64,000 nucleotides of DNA from the NCBI GenBank assembly GCA_029856045.1, contig JAHQWG010000028.1:288001-352000 (forward strand). Reading direction: 5' to 3'. The stretch is from Promethearchaeia archaeon (lineage in GTDB: Archaea > Asgardarchaeota > Lokiarchaeia > Sigyniarchaeales > SOKP01). The notes beneath the pieces are model-generated. The model worked only from the letters and a program-made list of their open reading frames with translations, did not search any database and was not told the origin of the DNA. A program made the translations under genes and the position numbers. Positions 31,083 through 41,377 of this stretch are shown piece by piece; position 1 is the stretch's first letter; every line of letters starts with the position of its first letter.

Positions 31083-32588
31083 ATGGGTAAGAAGATAATT
31101 TTCGTTGGACCGCCTGGAGCGGGAAAAACCACCTTAAGAAAAGTTTTTTTTGAGGGAGAATCTTCTTCAAAATTATTAGATTATGCATTAGAGCCTACAC
31201 ATGGTAAAGAATCAGTTATTCTTCAGTTAAGTGAGGATGTTGGAGTGTTTGATCTAGCAGGTCAGGAAAATACAAGGTGGTTTGAAACAGATGATAAAGA
31301 AATTTTCTACGATACAAAAATTCTTATAGTAGTTATTGATATTACAACAGACCATGAAAGAATTATAGAGTTTATTAACAGAGTTATTAAAATTCGAAAT
31401 GAATTAACACCGACTGCATTTATATATATATTAATTCATAAAATTGATTTGGTAGCACAAAAAACAATCAAAGCAATAAAATATAAAATTTCTGATGTTA
31501 TTGGTGAGGAAAAGTCTGTTAAAATTGCATTTACAAGTATTCAGAAAGTATATTTCCCCTCAACATTTTCATTGTTTATGGATATCTTAGATACATGTAT
31601 AAGTGAAAGGGTAACTCCTGAAAGAATTAATTTGAATCTACTTCAAAACACTATTGATTTTTTATATGAATTACAAAAGAGTGTTTTAATTTCGAAAGAT
31701 GATTTACAGATAAGATTAAAAGCTCCTGATGAAATGATTGATTCTATAAGCAAACTATTGAGTAATAAAGGACATATTGATGTTTCAAAAATAAATGATA
31801 GAACAATTTTTAGTTTAACTGATAAAGGTAAAAATTATTTTAAAGAAATTTTAAATAAATTTTCTTTGCAAAAATTGATTAAATTTGAGAAAGAACATTA
31901 TAAGACAGAAGCCGCTTTAGGGCCAAAAGTTCCTCCATATTTAGGTTTTTTGGTGGCTGATAAAGATGGAAAAACAATAATAAATGTAGAAATATTTGAC
32001 GGAGCTTTTGATTTAATCTTAAATGCTGAAGAGGGAGCAATGAAAACTGATTTTGAGTTAATTCCTATGTTCATTAGTGCTTTAGAAAAATTCTCGGAAG
32101 AAATAAATATAAAGGAATTAGCGGGTTTTCAATTAAAGGGAACAAATATTGAAATGCAAACTTTATCTTTTGAATTATATACAGTTACTCTTTTTATAAA
32201 TCCAGAAACAAATGTTAAATTTTTTGAATATATAATCAGAGAATGGTTTGAAAATCTTTTTGAAATACATAGAAAAGAACTTGAGTCTGCTATTAAGACT
32301 GGTTATATGACTCAAGTTTCTAAATTAAATCAAGAAGGGAGAGAATGGTTGGACAATCTTAACCAAAGATATAAAAATATGGCTATGAACTTGGAGATTT
32401 TTGATTTTGATCAAGCTAAAGTACTTTATCATCATATAGATGATATATCTGCAGATATTAATTTTAAATATACTTTAGTCTTACAAAAGATCAAAAAATT
32501 AAAAATAGATTTAATGAAGGCGATATTAGTAGAAGATTTTCAAGAAGTAAAAGAAATTGCCGGTAAGATTCGAGAAATTAAAGTTTAA
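31083..32588 (+). CDS. Rag/Gtr-like GTPase with wHTH, longin/roadblock-like domain and UVR-like C-terminal helix
   Basis: GPPGAGKT, EPTHG, DLAGQ, HKID, FTSIQ; SKLLSNKGHI...FSLTDKG wHTH end; YLGFLVADKDGKT; AILVEDFQEVKEI. Confidence 0.78.
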   Translation: MGKKIIFVGPPGAGKTTLRKVFFEGESSSKLLDYALEPTHGKESVILQLSEDVGVFDLAGQENTRWFETDDKEIFYDTKILIVVIDITTDHERIIEFINRVIKIRNELTPTAFIYILIHKIDLVAQKTIKAIKYKISDVIGEEKSVKIAFTSIQKVYFPSTFSLFMDILDTCISERVTPERINLNLLQNTIDFLYELQKSVLISKDDLQIRLKAPDEMIDSISKLLSNKGHIDVSKINDRTIFSLTDKGKNYFKEILNKFSLQKLIKFEKEHYKTEAALGPKVPPYLGFLVADKDGKTIINVEIFDGAFDLILNAEEGAMKTDFELIPMFISALEKFSEEINIKELAGFQLKGTNIEMQTLSFELYTVTLFINPETNVKFFEYIIREWFENLFEIHRKELESAIKTGYMTQVSKLNQEGREWLDNLNQRYKNMAMNLEIFDFDQAKVLYHHIDDISADINFKYTLVLQKIKKLKIDLMKAILVEDFQEVKEIAGKIREIKV

Positions 32589-32720
32589 ATATAGGTTTTT
32601 ACTTTTTAAGCAATAATTTTTATTATATTCTACCAAATTTCATTAAGTAGTAAAATATTTTAAATTATTAAATTAATTTATAAAAAATTAATTCCCAAAA
32701 ATTTCGTTTGATCTAAGAAT

Positions 32721-34619
32721 TTGATTGATTTTAGAAATAATGATTTAGATTTCCCGATAATTGTTAGTCCGAATCTAGGGATTCCTTGTTTTTTAAAATA
32801 TGGTAATAAAAGAAAAAAGAGAGATTATTCTTTCAATTTATTAGTAATCACAAAAAAAATTGAATCTAGTGCTATCTTAAAAACATCTCTAGAAGAAGCA
32901 ATACAAATCATCCCTCTTAAAAGATTGAAAATTGAGAAAGAATCTAAAGATAATTCCCTAAAAAATATTGCTATTCGAGGCATTCCAATAGATTTAAAAC
33001 TTGATAAAATCGAGAACACCGATATCCTACCAATAAATCGGGTAGCTTTTCTTGAAGATCAGTATTATTTGAATCCTCAGGATTATCTTATTAAATTTAA
33101 GACATTTGGAAATTTGAATAAATTTTTTAAAGTATCTGTATCATTTGCAGAAAATTCTGAGGTAAAGACTATCTTAAAACATCAAAATTTTATAATGTTC
33201 GATATCGTTCATAAAATCTCAGATAAATTAAACCGAATAAATTATCATTCACTTGTGTTAACTAAACAAGATTGGAAAAATTTTACGTTTGTTCAAGCGA
33301 CAGATATTCATCTCGCCAAAAGAAATGACCTAATTTTAGAAAAATTAAAGACAGATATATCAAAAAGAGTTTCGACTAAAATTAGAGATTTAATTAACGG
33401 ATTAAATAAAAAAGAGATTACACCAATAGAAAATAGATTAATAAATCCAAATAATCAACTTAGAAAATTTATAAAAATCATAAATAAAAAAGTCCAAAAA
33501 AACCAAATTGACTTTTTAGTTTTTACAGGAGATATTATAGACTTCTGTTTAATTAGTGCAATTGAAAAATTAGAAGATATGACGGATTTCAACTTTCCAA
33601 ATACAAACTGGAAGATTTTTCAAGATATAATTTTAAACAGAATAGATTATAATAAACCTGGGATGATAACCGGTGAAGAATTACTCTGTCCTATCTTCAC
33701 TATTCCTGGAAATCATGATTTCCGCTTGGGACATTATGATTTAAGATGGGGATTTATGTATAGAAAATTAGGATTAGTATTATCAGAAGCAATAATGTTA
33801 TACGATGAATGGGTTGCAGACCCAATAAGAGCACTAACTCCCTTAAGAAAATGCTTGATTAATTATTGGCAAGAAATTAATCCGGCTTTAGATTATATCA
33901 TAACTTTAGGCAATAACCACTTTATTTTTATGAACTCAGGGTATGATTCTGGCAAAGATTTTCGAGATTTCATTACGGGATTTCCATCATCAACTGGTAT
34001 GACAGATGCTCAAATAAAACTTTTAGAGAATTTCTTAAATTATAAATTTAAAGGAAATGAAAATATATTTCTTTTTACACATGGACCAATAATTAATCCC
34101 ATAAAAAAGATAAAATTTATTCAAAAACTGAAAAAAAAGATAAATGTAGATACTTTTCTTAATTTTGAGGAATTAAAAGAATCAAATTTAGCCAAAAAGG
34201 GAATCCCAGAGGATAAAAGAAATATTGATGATAAAATAAATCTCAAGTATGGAACTATTACTAATAACTGGCAAGAAATGATAAATTTTTGTAAAGATTT
34301 CTGTTTAATAGCGTTATGTGGGCATACGCACACCTTAAGAGAGTTTAGATTACAAAATCCGATTAAAAAAAGTAAAGTATTCAAATCCGTTCCATTCAAT
34401 TTGATAAAAATTGAAAATCCTGCAGCAGTATTTTTCGATGATTATTCAGAGTTATTAAAAAATCAAAAAGATATATGGAATAAGAAACCTTTTTTGTTTC
34501 AGACGCCCGCTTTGGGTTTAGGTTCTTACAAACATCCTACTATAGGTGGGGCATATAGAATAATTAAAATAAAAAAAGAAAAGATAGATTCTTTCAGGGT
34601 AAAATTTATACCAAAATGA
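32721..34619 (+). CDS. calcineurin-like metallophosphoesterase with long N-terminal extension
   Basis: DIH, GDIID, GNHD, THGP, GHTH metal-binding motifs. Confidence 0.85.
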   Translation: MIDFRNNDLDFPIIVSPNLGIPCFLKYGNKRKKRDYSFNLLVITKKIESSAILKTSLEEAIQIIPLKRLKIEKESKDNSLKNIAIRGIPIDLKLDKIENTDILPINRVAFLEDQYYLNPQDYLIKFKTFGNLNKFFKVSVSFAENSEVKTILKHQNFIMFDIVHKISDKLNRINYHSLVLTKQDWKNFTFVQATDIHLAKRNDLILEKLKTDISKRVSTKIRDLINGLNKKEITPIENRLINPNNQLRKFIKIINKKVQKNQIDFLVFTGDIIDFCLISAIEKLEDMTDFNFPNTNWKIFQDIILNRIDYNKPGMITGEELLCPIFTIPGNHDFRLGHYDLRWGFMYRKLGLVLSEAIMLYDEWVADPIRALTPLRKCLINYWQEINPALDYIITLGNNHFIFMNSGYDSGKDFRDFITGFPSSTGMTDAQIKLLENFLNYKFKGNENIFLFTHGPIINPIKKIKFIQKLKKKINVDTFLNFEELKESNLAKKGIPEDKRNIDDKINLKYGTITNNWQEMINFCKDFCLIALCGHTHTLREFRLQNPIKKSKVFKSVPFNLIKIENPAAVFFDDYSELLKNQKDIWNKKPFLFQTPALGLGSYKHPTIGGAYRIIKIKKEKIDSFRVKFIPK

Positions 34620-34705
34620 ATTAAATAAACTTATTAACCTAATAAGGAGTTCATGAAAATAAATTCAAATATTTTGAAAAAGAATAATATAAATAGATTT
34701 GAAAC

Positions 34706-35956
34706 ATGGAATTCGATATTTCTAATTATTTGATTAATTTTTCACTTAAAAAAAATTTAGATAGCTTTCTTGATGATTCCCAGAAAACTCAAGTTGATGC
34801 TTTCAAAATAAAAAATAAATCGATAAAAAAGTATATTAATGAATTTTGGACATCAAAACAGAGACAAGCATCATCTATTCATGAAATTTCATATAGAGCT
34901 TGTTTTAAAGCACAACTTCCAAGATTTTTTATAAAACTATTAACGAAGCCAAATCATATTATTTATGATCCTTTTAGTGGTCGGGGTACAACCATAATTG
35001 AAGCGGGTTTACTAAACAGAAATGTAATTTCCAATGATATTAATCCTTTAAGTGAAATTTTAACACGACCGAGATTAAATATTCCCTCTATTGATGATAT
35101 CAAAGATAGATTAGACAATATTCCGTTAAATTTGGAATTCGAAAATGAAATTGATTTATCCATGTTTTATCACGAAAAAACAAAGAGGGAAATACTTTCT
35201 TTGAAAACTTATCTTTATAAAAGAAAAATAGGAAATAAAGAGGATGATATTGATAGATGGATTCGAATGGTTACTACTAATAGATTAACTGGACATTCTA
35301 AAGGTTTCTTTTCTGTATATACTTTACCTCCAAATCAAGCGGTTTCACAAGAAAGACAAATTAAAATAAATAGAAAACATCGTCAAAAACCAGAGTACAG
35401 AGATGTGAAAAAAAGAATTATAAAAAAATCAATCTCTTTACTACGAAACCTAACTATGCAACAAAAAAAAAAATTAAGAGAAATTTCTAAAAATGCAATA
35501 TTTTTAACGAAAGATGCAAGAAATACACCAGAAATTAAAAAGAATTTGGTTCAATTAACGGTTACATCTCCCCCTTTTCTAAAAGTAGTGCAATATTCAA
35601 AGGATAATTGGTTAAGATGTTGGTTCAATTCAATAGATGCAGAAGAAATATCTAAAAAAATTACAATGGAATCTGATGTTAATAGATGGTCAAAGATGAT
35701 GGGTAATGTTTTTAAAGAATTATATAGAATCACCAAAATAAATGGATGGGTTGCATTTGAAGTGGGAGAAGTCCAGAAAGGAAAAATTAAATTAGAAGAA
35801 TATATTGTTCCTGAGGGATTAAATGCAGGATTTATCTCTAAAGGAATTGTCATTAATGAACAGGAATTTACTAAAACATCTAATATTTGGGGTATAAAAA
35901 ATAAAGAATCAGGGACTAATACAAATCGAATTGTGTTATTTAAAAAAGAGAGCTAA
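34706..35956 (+). CDS. site-specific DNA amino-methyltransferase (probably N4-C; motif order I then IV)
   Basis: DPFSGRGTT SAM motif followed later by TSPPF catalytic motif. Confidence 0.85.
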   Translation: MEFDISNYLINFSLKKNLDSFLDDSQKTQVDAFKIKNKSIKKYINEFWTSKQRQASSIHEISYRACFKAQLPRFFIKLLTKPNHIIYDPFSGRGTTIIEAGLLNRNVISNDINPLSEILTRPRLNIPSIDDIKDRLDNIPLNLEFENEIDLSMFYHEKTKREILSLKTYLYKRKIGNKEDDIDRWIRMVTTNRLTGHSKGFFSVYTLPPNQAVSQERQIKINRKHRQKPEYRDVKKRIIKKSISLLRNLTMQQKKKLREISKNAIFLTKDARNTPEIKKNLVQLTVTSPPFLKVVQYSKDNWLRCWFNSIDAEEISKKITMESDVNRWSKMMGNVFKELYRITKINGWVAFEVGEVQKGKIKLEEYIVPEGLNAGFISKGIVINEQEFTKTSNIWGIKNKESGTNTNRIVLFKKES

Positions 35957-35996
35957 AAAAAAAATTTGGTTATTAAAGAATTAATTATTTCTTAAA

Positions 35997-37478
35997 TTAT
36001 TCCATTTCCTCTTCATTCAAATTCTCTTCTTCTTGTTCTTCTTCTATAGAGTCCTTTTCTTCATTTATTTTCTCTGTCTCTACTTTTTCTTCTTGAAAGC
36101 GTTTTTCTTCAACTTGAACTTTTTTAGGTTCAGTTTCTAATGGTTTTAGTCCTTTAATTTTTAATTTTTTCACTTGTAAAAAGTCTTGGAATTCTTTATC
36201 TCCTATCTTATTTATATCAAGTGCTTCATTATCCTCTAAATATTTTTTGAAATCACTTACAATCAAAATTACTTCTTCCTGGTTATAACGTTTTCTCATT
36301 ATTAACCCTTTCCTTTCTAAGACATATTCAGAATACCATATAAAAAAGAACACGGTAATAATTAACATTAAAAAATTACTAATTAAATTAACTTGATTGC
36401 GATCTGTAAAAAATCCTGGTAATGAACCTCCTCCTGTAATCATTATAATCTGGCCTTCAATATATAAAAATGTAAAAGCAAAAAGGAAAAAAGGCATATT
36501 ATTGACATTGAATATTCGAGAGGTATAGACTTTATCACCCAATCCTTTTAGAACCAAAATAGCTGTAGCTACCATTAATAATACGTCAAGAATTGCCATA
36601 ATAACATCCGTACCTGTCGGTTGAGTTGCACCACGTAATGCATTTGTGAAACTGAATACTCTATACCAAATAATGAGCCAAATAAAAATGTAAAACATAG
36701 AAGAAAATACATTAGGGGTTTCATTCTTTTTACTTCTTAAATGAAGATTAATTAAGCGCCATGATGTTATACCAATAATAATAAAGACGACAACATTCCA
36801 ACCAATATATAAATATAAATTATCAAGAGGATCTCCTTGATTTACTGGCGCAAAATATGACCAAAATCCATAAAAAGTGCCAATTTGCATTAAGATAGGC
36901 GCAGCGAGTCCTAAAATTAAAAAGGCTATTGCGATATATTCTTTTCTTTCAGATAATTCAAATTTTGTAAGAACTTTATTATTTATCTTAATAGATAAAT
37001 CTTCAAATCCTACTTTGAGAAAAAATATTTGAATAATGTTCCATCCAAAATAAATTATAATGAAAATAGTTGGTAGAATTAAATCCCATCCCAAGAATTG
37101 TATGGATGATTGAGTAGAATGGCCTAATAGAAAGTATACTAGTATTATAACAAAACTTATTCCAAATGCAATTAAGAAACCAAAGATTTTATTCCTATCA
37201 AATCTTTTGTCTGTAGAAAATAAAAAATCATTCAATTTCGGTATTAATCCAAAAAACATTAGAAATATAAAAGCTAATGAAATTGTTGTTGCTAAAAATA
37301 AAATTAGATCCCCCCAATTGGGAATTAAGCTTATTAAGGCAATCAAAATTGCAGAAATGAAGAAAATTATTGTATATAATAAATGGCTTTCATTAAAGAT
37401 TCTATAAAAATATTTATCTAAAAGTTCTTGAACTTTAATTATAAATTTACTTTTGGGTTTTGGTTTTTCTTCTTCCAA
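35997..37478 (-). CDS. polytopic membrane protein of unknown function with Glu-rich C-terminal tail
   Basis: Roughly 11-12 hydrophobic segments; 493-aa ORF; acidic tail. Confidence 0.75.
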   Translation of the reverse strand: MEEEKPKPKSKFIIKVQELLDKYFYRIFNESHLLYTIIFFISAILIALISLIPNWGDLILFLATTISLAFIFLMFFGLIPKLNDFLFSTDKRFDRNKIFGFLIAFGISFVIILVYFLLGHSTQSSIQFLGWDLILPTIFIIIYFGWNIIQIFFLKVGFEDLSIKINNKVLTKFELSERKEYIAIAFLILGLAAPILMQIGTFYGFWSYFAPVNQGDPLDNLYLYIGWNVVVFIIIGITSWRLINLHLRSKKNETPNVFSSMFYIFIWLIIWYRVFSFTNALRGATQPTGTDVIMAILDVLLMVATAILVLKGLGDKVYTSRIFNVNNMPFFLFAFTFLYIEGQIIMITGGGSLPGFFTDRNQVNLISNFLMLIITVFFFIWYSEYVLERKGLIMRKRYNQEEVILIVSDFKKYLEDNEALDINKIGDKEFQDFLQVKKLKIKGLKPLETEPKKVQVEEKRFQEEKVETEKINEEKDSIEEEQEEENLNEEEME

Positions 37479-37586
37479 AATTAACCATCTTCTTTTTATT
37501 TATTTAAATTAATATAATAAATTCAAAATGTTATATAAAAATAGTTAAGCAATTTTAATATAAAAATTATTGAGATTTCCAAAGAA

Positions 37587-39011
37587 ATGTTCTTAAAAAA
37601 TAGAGACATATTATTGAACGAGAATATTCCACAGAAAGAACTAGAATTAAGAATAGTGCTTATCGACGCTTTAGAAAGAGCTTTAGATGCAGTAAAGCCA
37701 AAAATTTTAATTACGAGAGCCGTAGTTATTGATAAAAACCAACTCAAAATCCATAATTTATCTTTAGATTTAACAAAATTTAGGAGATGTATCATAATCG
37801 GTGGCGGAAAAGCATCTGGTGCTATGGCAGTAGAGTTGGAAAACATTTTAATTTCATATGGGAAAATTCCATTTAATGGAATCATTAATATCCCAAAAGG
37901 ATTAGAACTTGATAACAAATATTTCTCTGGTAGAATAAAATTAAACTTTGCATCTCATCCCATTCCTGATGATGCTGGTATAAATGGAGTTAAAAATATG
38001 ATGGATTTAATCCGAAATACTTCTAATAATGATTTAATTTTCTGTCTAATTTCCGGTGGGGGTTCAGCATTATTACCTTTACCAATGAAAGGATTAACTT
38101 TAGAAGATTTAAAAGATGTGAATTCATTATTATTAGCTTCTGGTGCCAGTATTGAAGAAATTAATGCGATAAGAAAGCATCTGTCTGCTTTTAAAGGCGG
38201 TCGATTAGCTAAAGCTGCAAATAAAAAGGGGCAACCAACAATAATTTCACTGATAATTTCCGATGTGATTGGAAATCGTCTAGATACAATTGCTTCAGGA
38301 CCTACAGTTCCAGATCAAACAACCTACGAAGATGCAATAAATTATTTAAAAAAATATCAGTTATTTTATAATATCCCAGAAAGTGTAAGAAAATTTTTAT
38401 TATCAGGATATAAGAAGGAGATTCCTGAGACACCTAAAAAAGGAGATCCATGTTTTCTTAAAGTTCATAATTTCATAATAGGAAGTGTAGAAAATGCTGC
38501 AAAAGCCGCAGAAAATTATTTGAAGCAAAATAATATAGAGGTTAGATATATTCAAGAAAAAATCAAGGGAGAAGCCAGAGATTATGGGGCAAATTTATTT
38601 AAAATTATTTCACAATTCATAGAAGAAAATGCAAAAAAAGCGAAAACTGATAAATTTGCCTTAATTGGAACTGGCGAATTAACTGTTACGATAAAAGGGG
38701 ATGGTACTGGTGGTAGAAATCAAGAGATGCTTTTAAATTTTCTTAATTCAATTAAAAATAAAGAAATTGATTACAATTTTTTAATCCTGGCAGTAAATCT
38801 TGATGGTATAGAAGGAAATAGCAAAGCTATGGGTGCAATTATTGATAATTATACGATAAGTAAGTATAGAAATATGAATTTAGATTTATCAATATTCCTT
38901 GAAAATAACGATTCAAATACATTTTTTAAAATGTTAAAGGATGAAATTATTACTGGTTATACTGGCATAAATGTGAATGATCTGACGATAGGAATCTTAT
39001 CTTTTAATTGA
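37587..39011 (+). CDS. gck: glycerate 2-kinase (MOFRL family)
   Basis: GGGKAS, ASHPIPD, LISGGGSAL, IRKHLS..KGG.LA, IASGPT, GGRNQE, TGINVND. Confidence 0.9.
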   Translation: MFLKNRDILLNENIPQKELELRIVLIDALERALDAVKPKILITRAVVIDKNQLKIHNLSLDLTKFRRCIIIGGGKASGAMAVELENILISYGKIPFNGIINIPKGLELDNKYFSGRIKLNFASHPIPDDAGINGVKNMMDLIRNTSNNDLIFCLISGGGSALLPLPMKGLTLEDLKDVNSLLLASGASIEEINAIRKHLSAFKGGRLAKAANKKGQPTIISLIISDVIGNRLDTIASGPTVPDQTTYEDAINYLKKYQLFYNIPESVRKFLLSGYKKEIPETPKKGDPCFLKVHNFIIGSVENAAKAAENYLKQNNIEVRYIQEKIKGEARDYGANLFKIISQFIEENAKKAKTDKFALIGTGELTVTIKGDGTGGRNQEMLLNFLNSIKNKEIDYNFLILAVNLDGIEGNSKAMGAIIDNYTISKYRNMNLDLSIFLENNDSNTFFKMLKDEIITGYTGINVNDLTIGILSFN

Positions 39012-39182
39012 ATAATTTTTATGATAAAAAGGAGCTTGTTAAATGATTTAGATAATTTTTTTTATAATAAAAAACCAAAGATAGCATAATTATATGTTAA
39101 ATTTTATTATCTATCTTCTATAAAATTGAATAAAAAAATACTTCAGGGGGGATAATTTTTTTGTTAAAATAGGATTAGTATT

Positions 39183-39206
39183 ATCTATCCGGTGATAGAT
39201 TTTTTT
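39183..39206. terminator. hairpin with T-run between convergent transcripts
   Basis: ATCTATC-cggt-GATAGAT followed by a T-run on the plus strand; abuts the stop of the 45-aa ORF. Confidence 0.45.
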
Positions 39207-39342
39207 ATTTTGGTTGAGTACCTCCCCCCTGGAGCCCCCCAACATCGCGTGGATTTAAAATGAGTATGAAGTGATTAGATATGATTGGGATATGTTTGGA
39301 TTCCATCTTTTTCAATAGAAGTATATTTCCTTTTTTATACAT
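39205..39342 (-). CDS. small protein (45 aa) MYKKGNILLLKKMESKHIPIISNHFILILNPRDVGGLQGGGTQPK, absent from ORF track
   Basis: ATG preceded by a strong SD GGAGGTG (39348-39354); upstream promoter identical to that at 43428; downstream hairpin. Confidence 0.6.
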   Translation of the reverse strand: MYKKGNILLLKKMESKHIPIISNHFILILNPRDVGGLQGGGTQPK

Positions 39343-39503
39343 CCCTACACCTCCCAATAGAGCCACTCTGGATTTATTGATTAACCTTTAGAATGGAAAT
39401 TATTTATTTTTTAAAATTTCAGAAAAATATTTTATTTTTTTACCGATTATGTAAAATTTTTACTTTTTTTTTTAAATTTGTTTACCTAATTAATACTTGG
39501 ATC

Positions 39504-39527
39504 ACATATTTAAACTTTTTGTTATAA
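39504..39527 (-). promoter_or_regulatory. 24-bp promoter element TTATAACAAAAAGTTTAAATATGT (operator half-site, BRE, TATA), copy 1
   Basis: Exact reverse complement of 43428-43451. Confidence 0.65.
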
Positions 39528-39699
39528 TAAAAGAAAAAGTAATTGTAAAAAAAGAAAATTATTCTTATTTATTAAATAATTCTTATAAAGAAATTTAAAA
39601 TACAGTAAAATTATGTATTTAATAATTCTGTGCTTCTACCCAATTGTTATGAAAAAAAGTGAGTAAATTGAATTAATAATACCTTTTTCAAAGAATATA

Positions 39700-40146
39700 T
39701 TATTTTTTAGTAAAAAAATTTTCAATCTCAGGTTTAAATTCTTGGAATTTATCAATAATAGTAAAATTCTCATTATTATATCTCTGTATAAATTGTTTTA
39801 GTATAAGTTCCAACTTAACTTTGACTTTTTCAACTTGTTTATCAATATTTTTCTTTTTATCACATATAGCATATGCAAGAATGTTTTCTACAGTATTGAA
39901 ATCTCCCGCTTGAATTGTTCCAGTAATAAAAATAAAAAGAATATCGCCTGATTCAAGATATTCTAAAGCAGAACCTTGAAATGCTTTTTCTACAAATTGT
40001 GTTATAGCAGAAATAAATGATGATCTAAGGTCCTTATGAACTTCCTTTTTTGTTTTTACCGAGATGTTTTTAATGATATAATTTACAATCGTAAATCCAC
40101 GAAATATTATACCAGCTTCATATAATTCTTTCAAATTATTAACCAT
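39700..40146 (-). CDS. stand-alone longin/roadblock-like domain protein
   Basis: EAGIIFRGFTIV beta-hairpin, DLRSSFISAITQFVEKAF helix, LEYLESGDILFIF strands, terminal helix. Confidence 0.6.
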   Translation of the reverse strand: MVNNLKELYEAGIIFRGFTIVNYIIKNISVKTKKEVHKDLRSSFISAITQFVEKAFQGSALEYLESGDILFIFITGTIQAGDFNTVENILAYAICDKKKNIDKQVEKVKVKLELILKQFIQRYNNENFTIIDKFQEFKPEIENFFTKK

Positions 40147-40346
40147 TCATTACTTTAATTTGTTATAAACATTAACTACTTTGAATAAAATTTTCTCGAA
40201 TTTAAAATATGAGCCATTACTACATATTTATCTAATTATATTAATAAATATAAAGGCAAATTTATAAGGAAAAACATTCTTACCTTTGTTAAGTATTACA
40301 ATTATAATTAAAAATCAAATATAGAGTAAGAATTTGAGAGAATTTT

Positions 40347-41351
40347 ATGCTTGTTGATGAAATTAACATAAAATTAGTCATTTTGGGTGTTGGAAGTGTT
40401 GGAAAAACTTCAATAGTAAAATCATTTTTAGATCAAGAGATTCCAAGAATGTATATTCCAACAATTGGAAGCAGTATTGCAAGGAAGGAATTTATATTAA
40501 AAAATATTGCAATTAAAATTAATATTTGGGATATTGGTGGTCAAAAATCCTTTAATCCTTTAAACCCAGTATTTTTTACTAATGTTGATGCAGCTTTTTT
40601 AGTGTTTGATTTAACTCAACCAAAAGAAACATTACCTAGATTAGAAATTGATTATTTAGCAAATTTGTCAAAATATACCAATAAATGTATTGCATTTGTA
40701 ATTGGAAATAAATTAGATTTAATTTCAACTAAGGAAGAACTAGAGAATATTGCAAATTATTATAAAATAAAAAATGTTCCATTAATTCTAACTTCTGCTA
40801 AAACTCAAGAAAACCTACTTGAAGCATTTAATTTAATCATATTTAACTTTTTGAAGGAATGGGAGAAAGGACTTAAATCTAAACAATTTCAGGGAATATC
40901 AAATGAATTCTTGAACTTAATTAACAAAACTGAAAATCAGCTAAAAGATTTATTTGTAAATTTAGATAAGGTAGACTCAATTATGATTTCAAGTAAATCA
41001 TTACCTCAATTAACTAAAAAAAAAATTTCATCTTCTACCCCTAATTTAGATTCTGGAATTGAATTAATTGATTATGGAAGATATAAGAAAAAAATTGAAG
41101 AATTTAATAAAATAAAAGATCATATTACTGATTCATTTGATAATAAATTAACCATTATAAAAGATGTAATTTCAAGTTTAAAAACAACTCCAATAGATTC
41201 ACTTATTGATACAATTGACAAAACAATGAAACAATTAAATGATATTAAAAAAGATTTTGAATTTAACTTAGATTCCTTATTGAGTTTAGAAAAAAGTGAA
41301 CAAAATGTGAAAGAAGTAAAGAAAGAACTTAAAGAAACTGGAGGCGAATAA
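40347..41351 (+). CDS. Rab-like small GTPase with C-terminal coiled-coil extension
   Basis: GVGSVGKT, PTIG, IWDIGGQ, FDLT, GNKLD, SAKT; heptad-rich C-terminal half. Confidence 0.88.
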   Translation: MLVDEINIKLVILGVGSVGKTSIVKSFLDQEIPRMYIPTIGSSIARKEFILKNIAIKINIWDIGGQKSFNPLNPVFFTNVDAAFLVFDLTQPKETLPRLEIDYLANLSKYTNKCIAFVIGNKLDLISTKEELENIANYYKIKNVPLILTSAKTQENLLEAFNLIIFNFLKEWEKGLKSKQFQGISNEFLNLINKTENQLKDLFVNLDKVDSIMISSKSLPQLTKKKISSSTPNLDSGIELIDYGRYKKKIEEFNKIKDHITDSFDNKLTIIKDVISSLKTTPIDSLIDTIDKTMKQLNDIKKDFEFNLDSLLSLEKSEQNVKEVKKELKETGGE

Positions 41352-41377
41352 AGATTCCAAAAGAGAAAAAAGATAAA

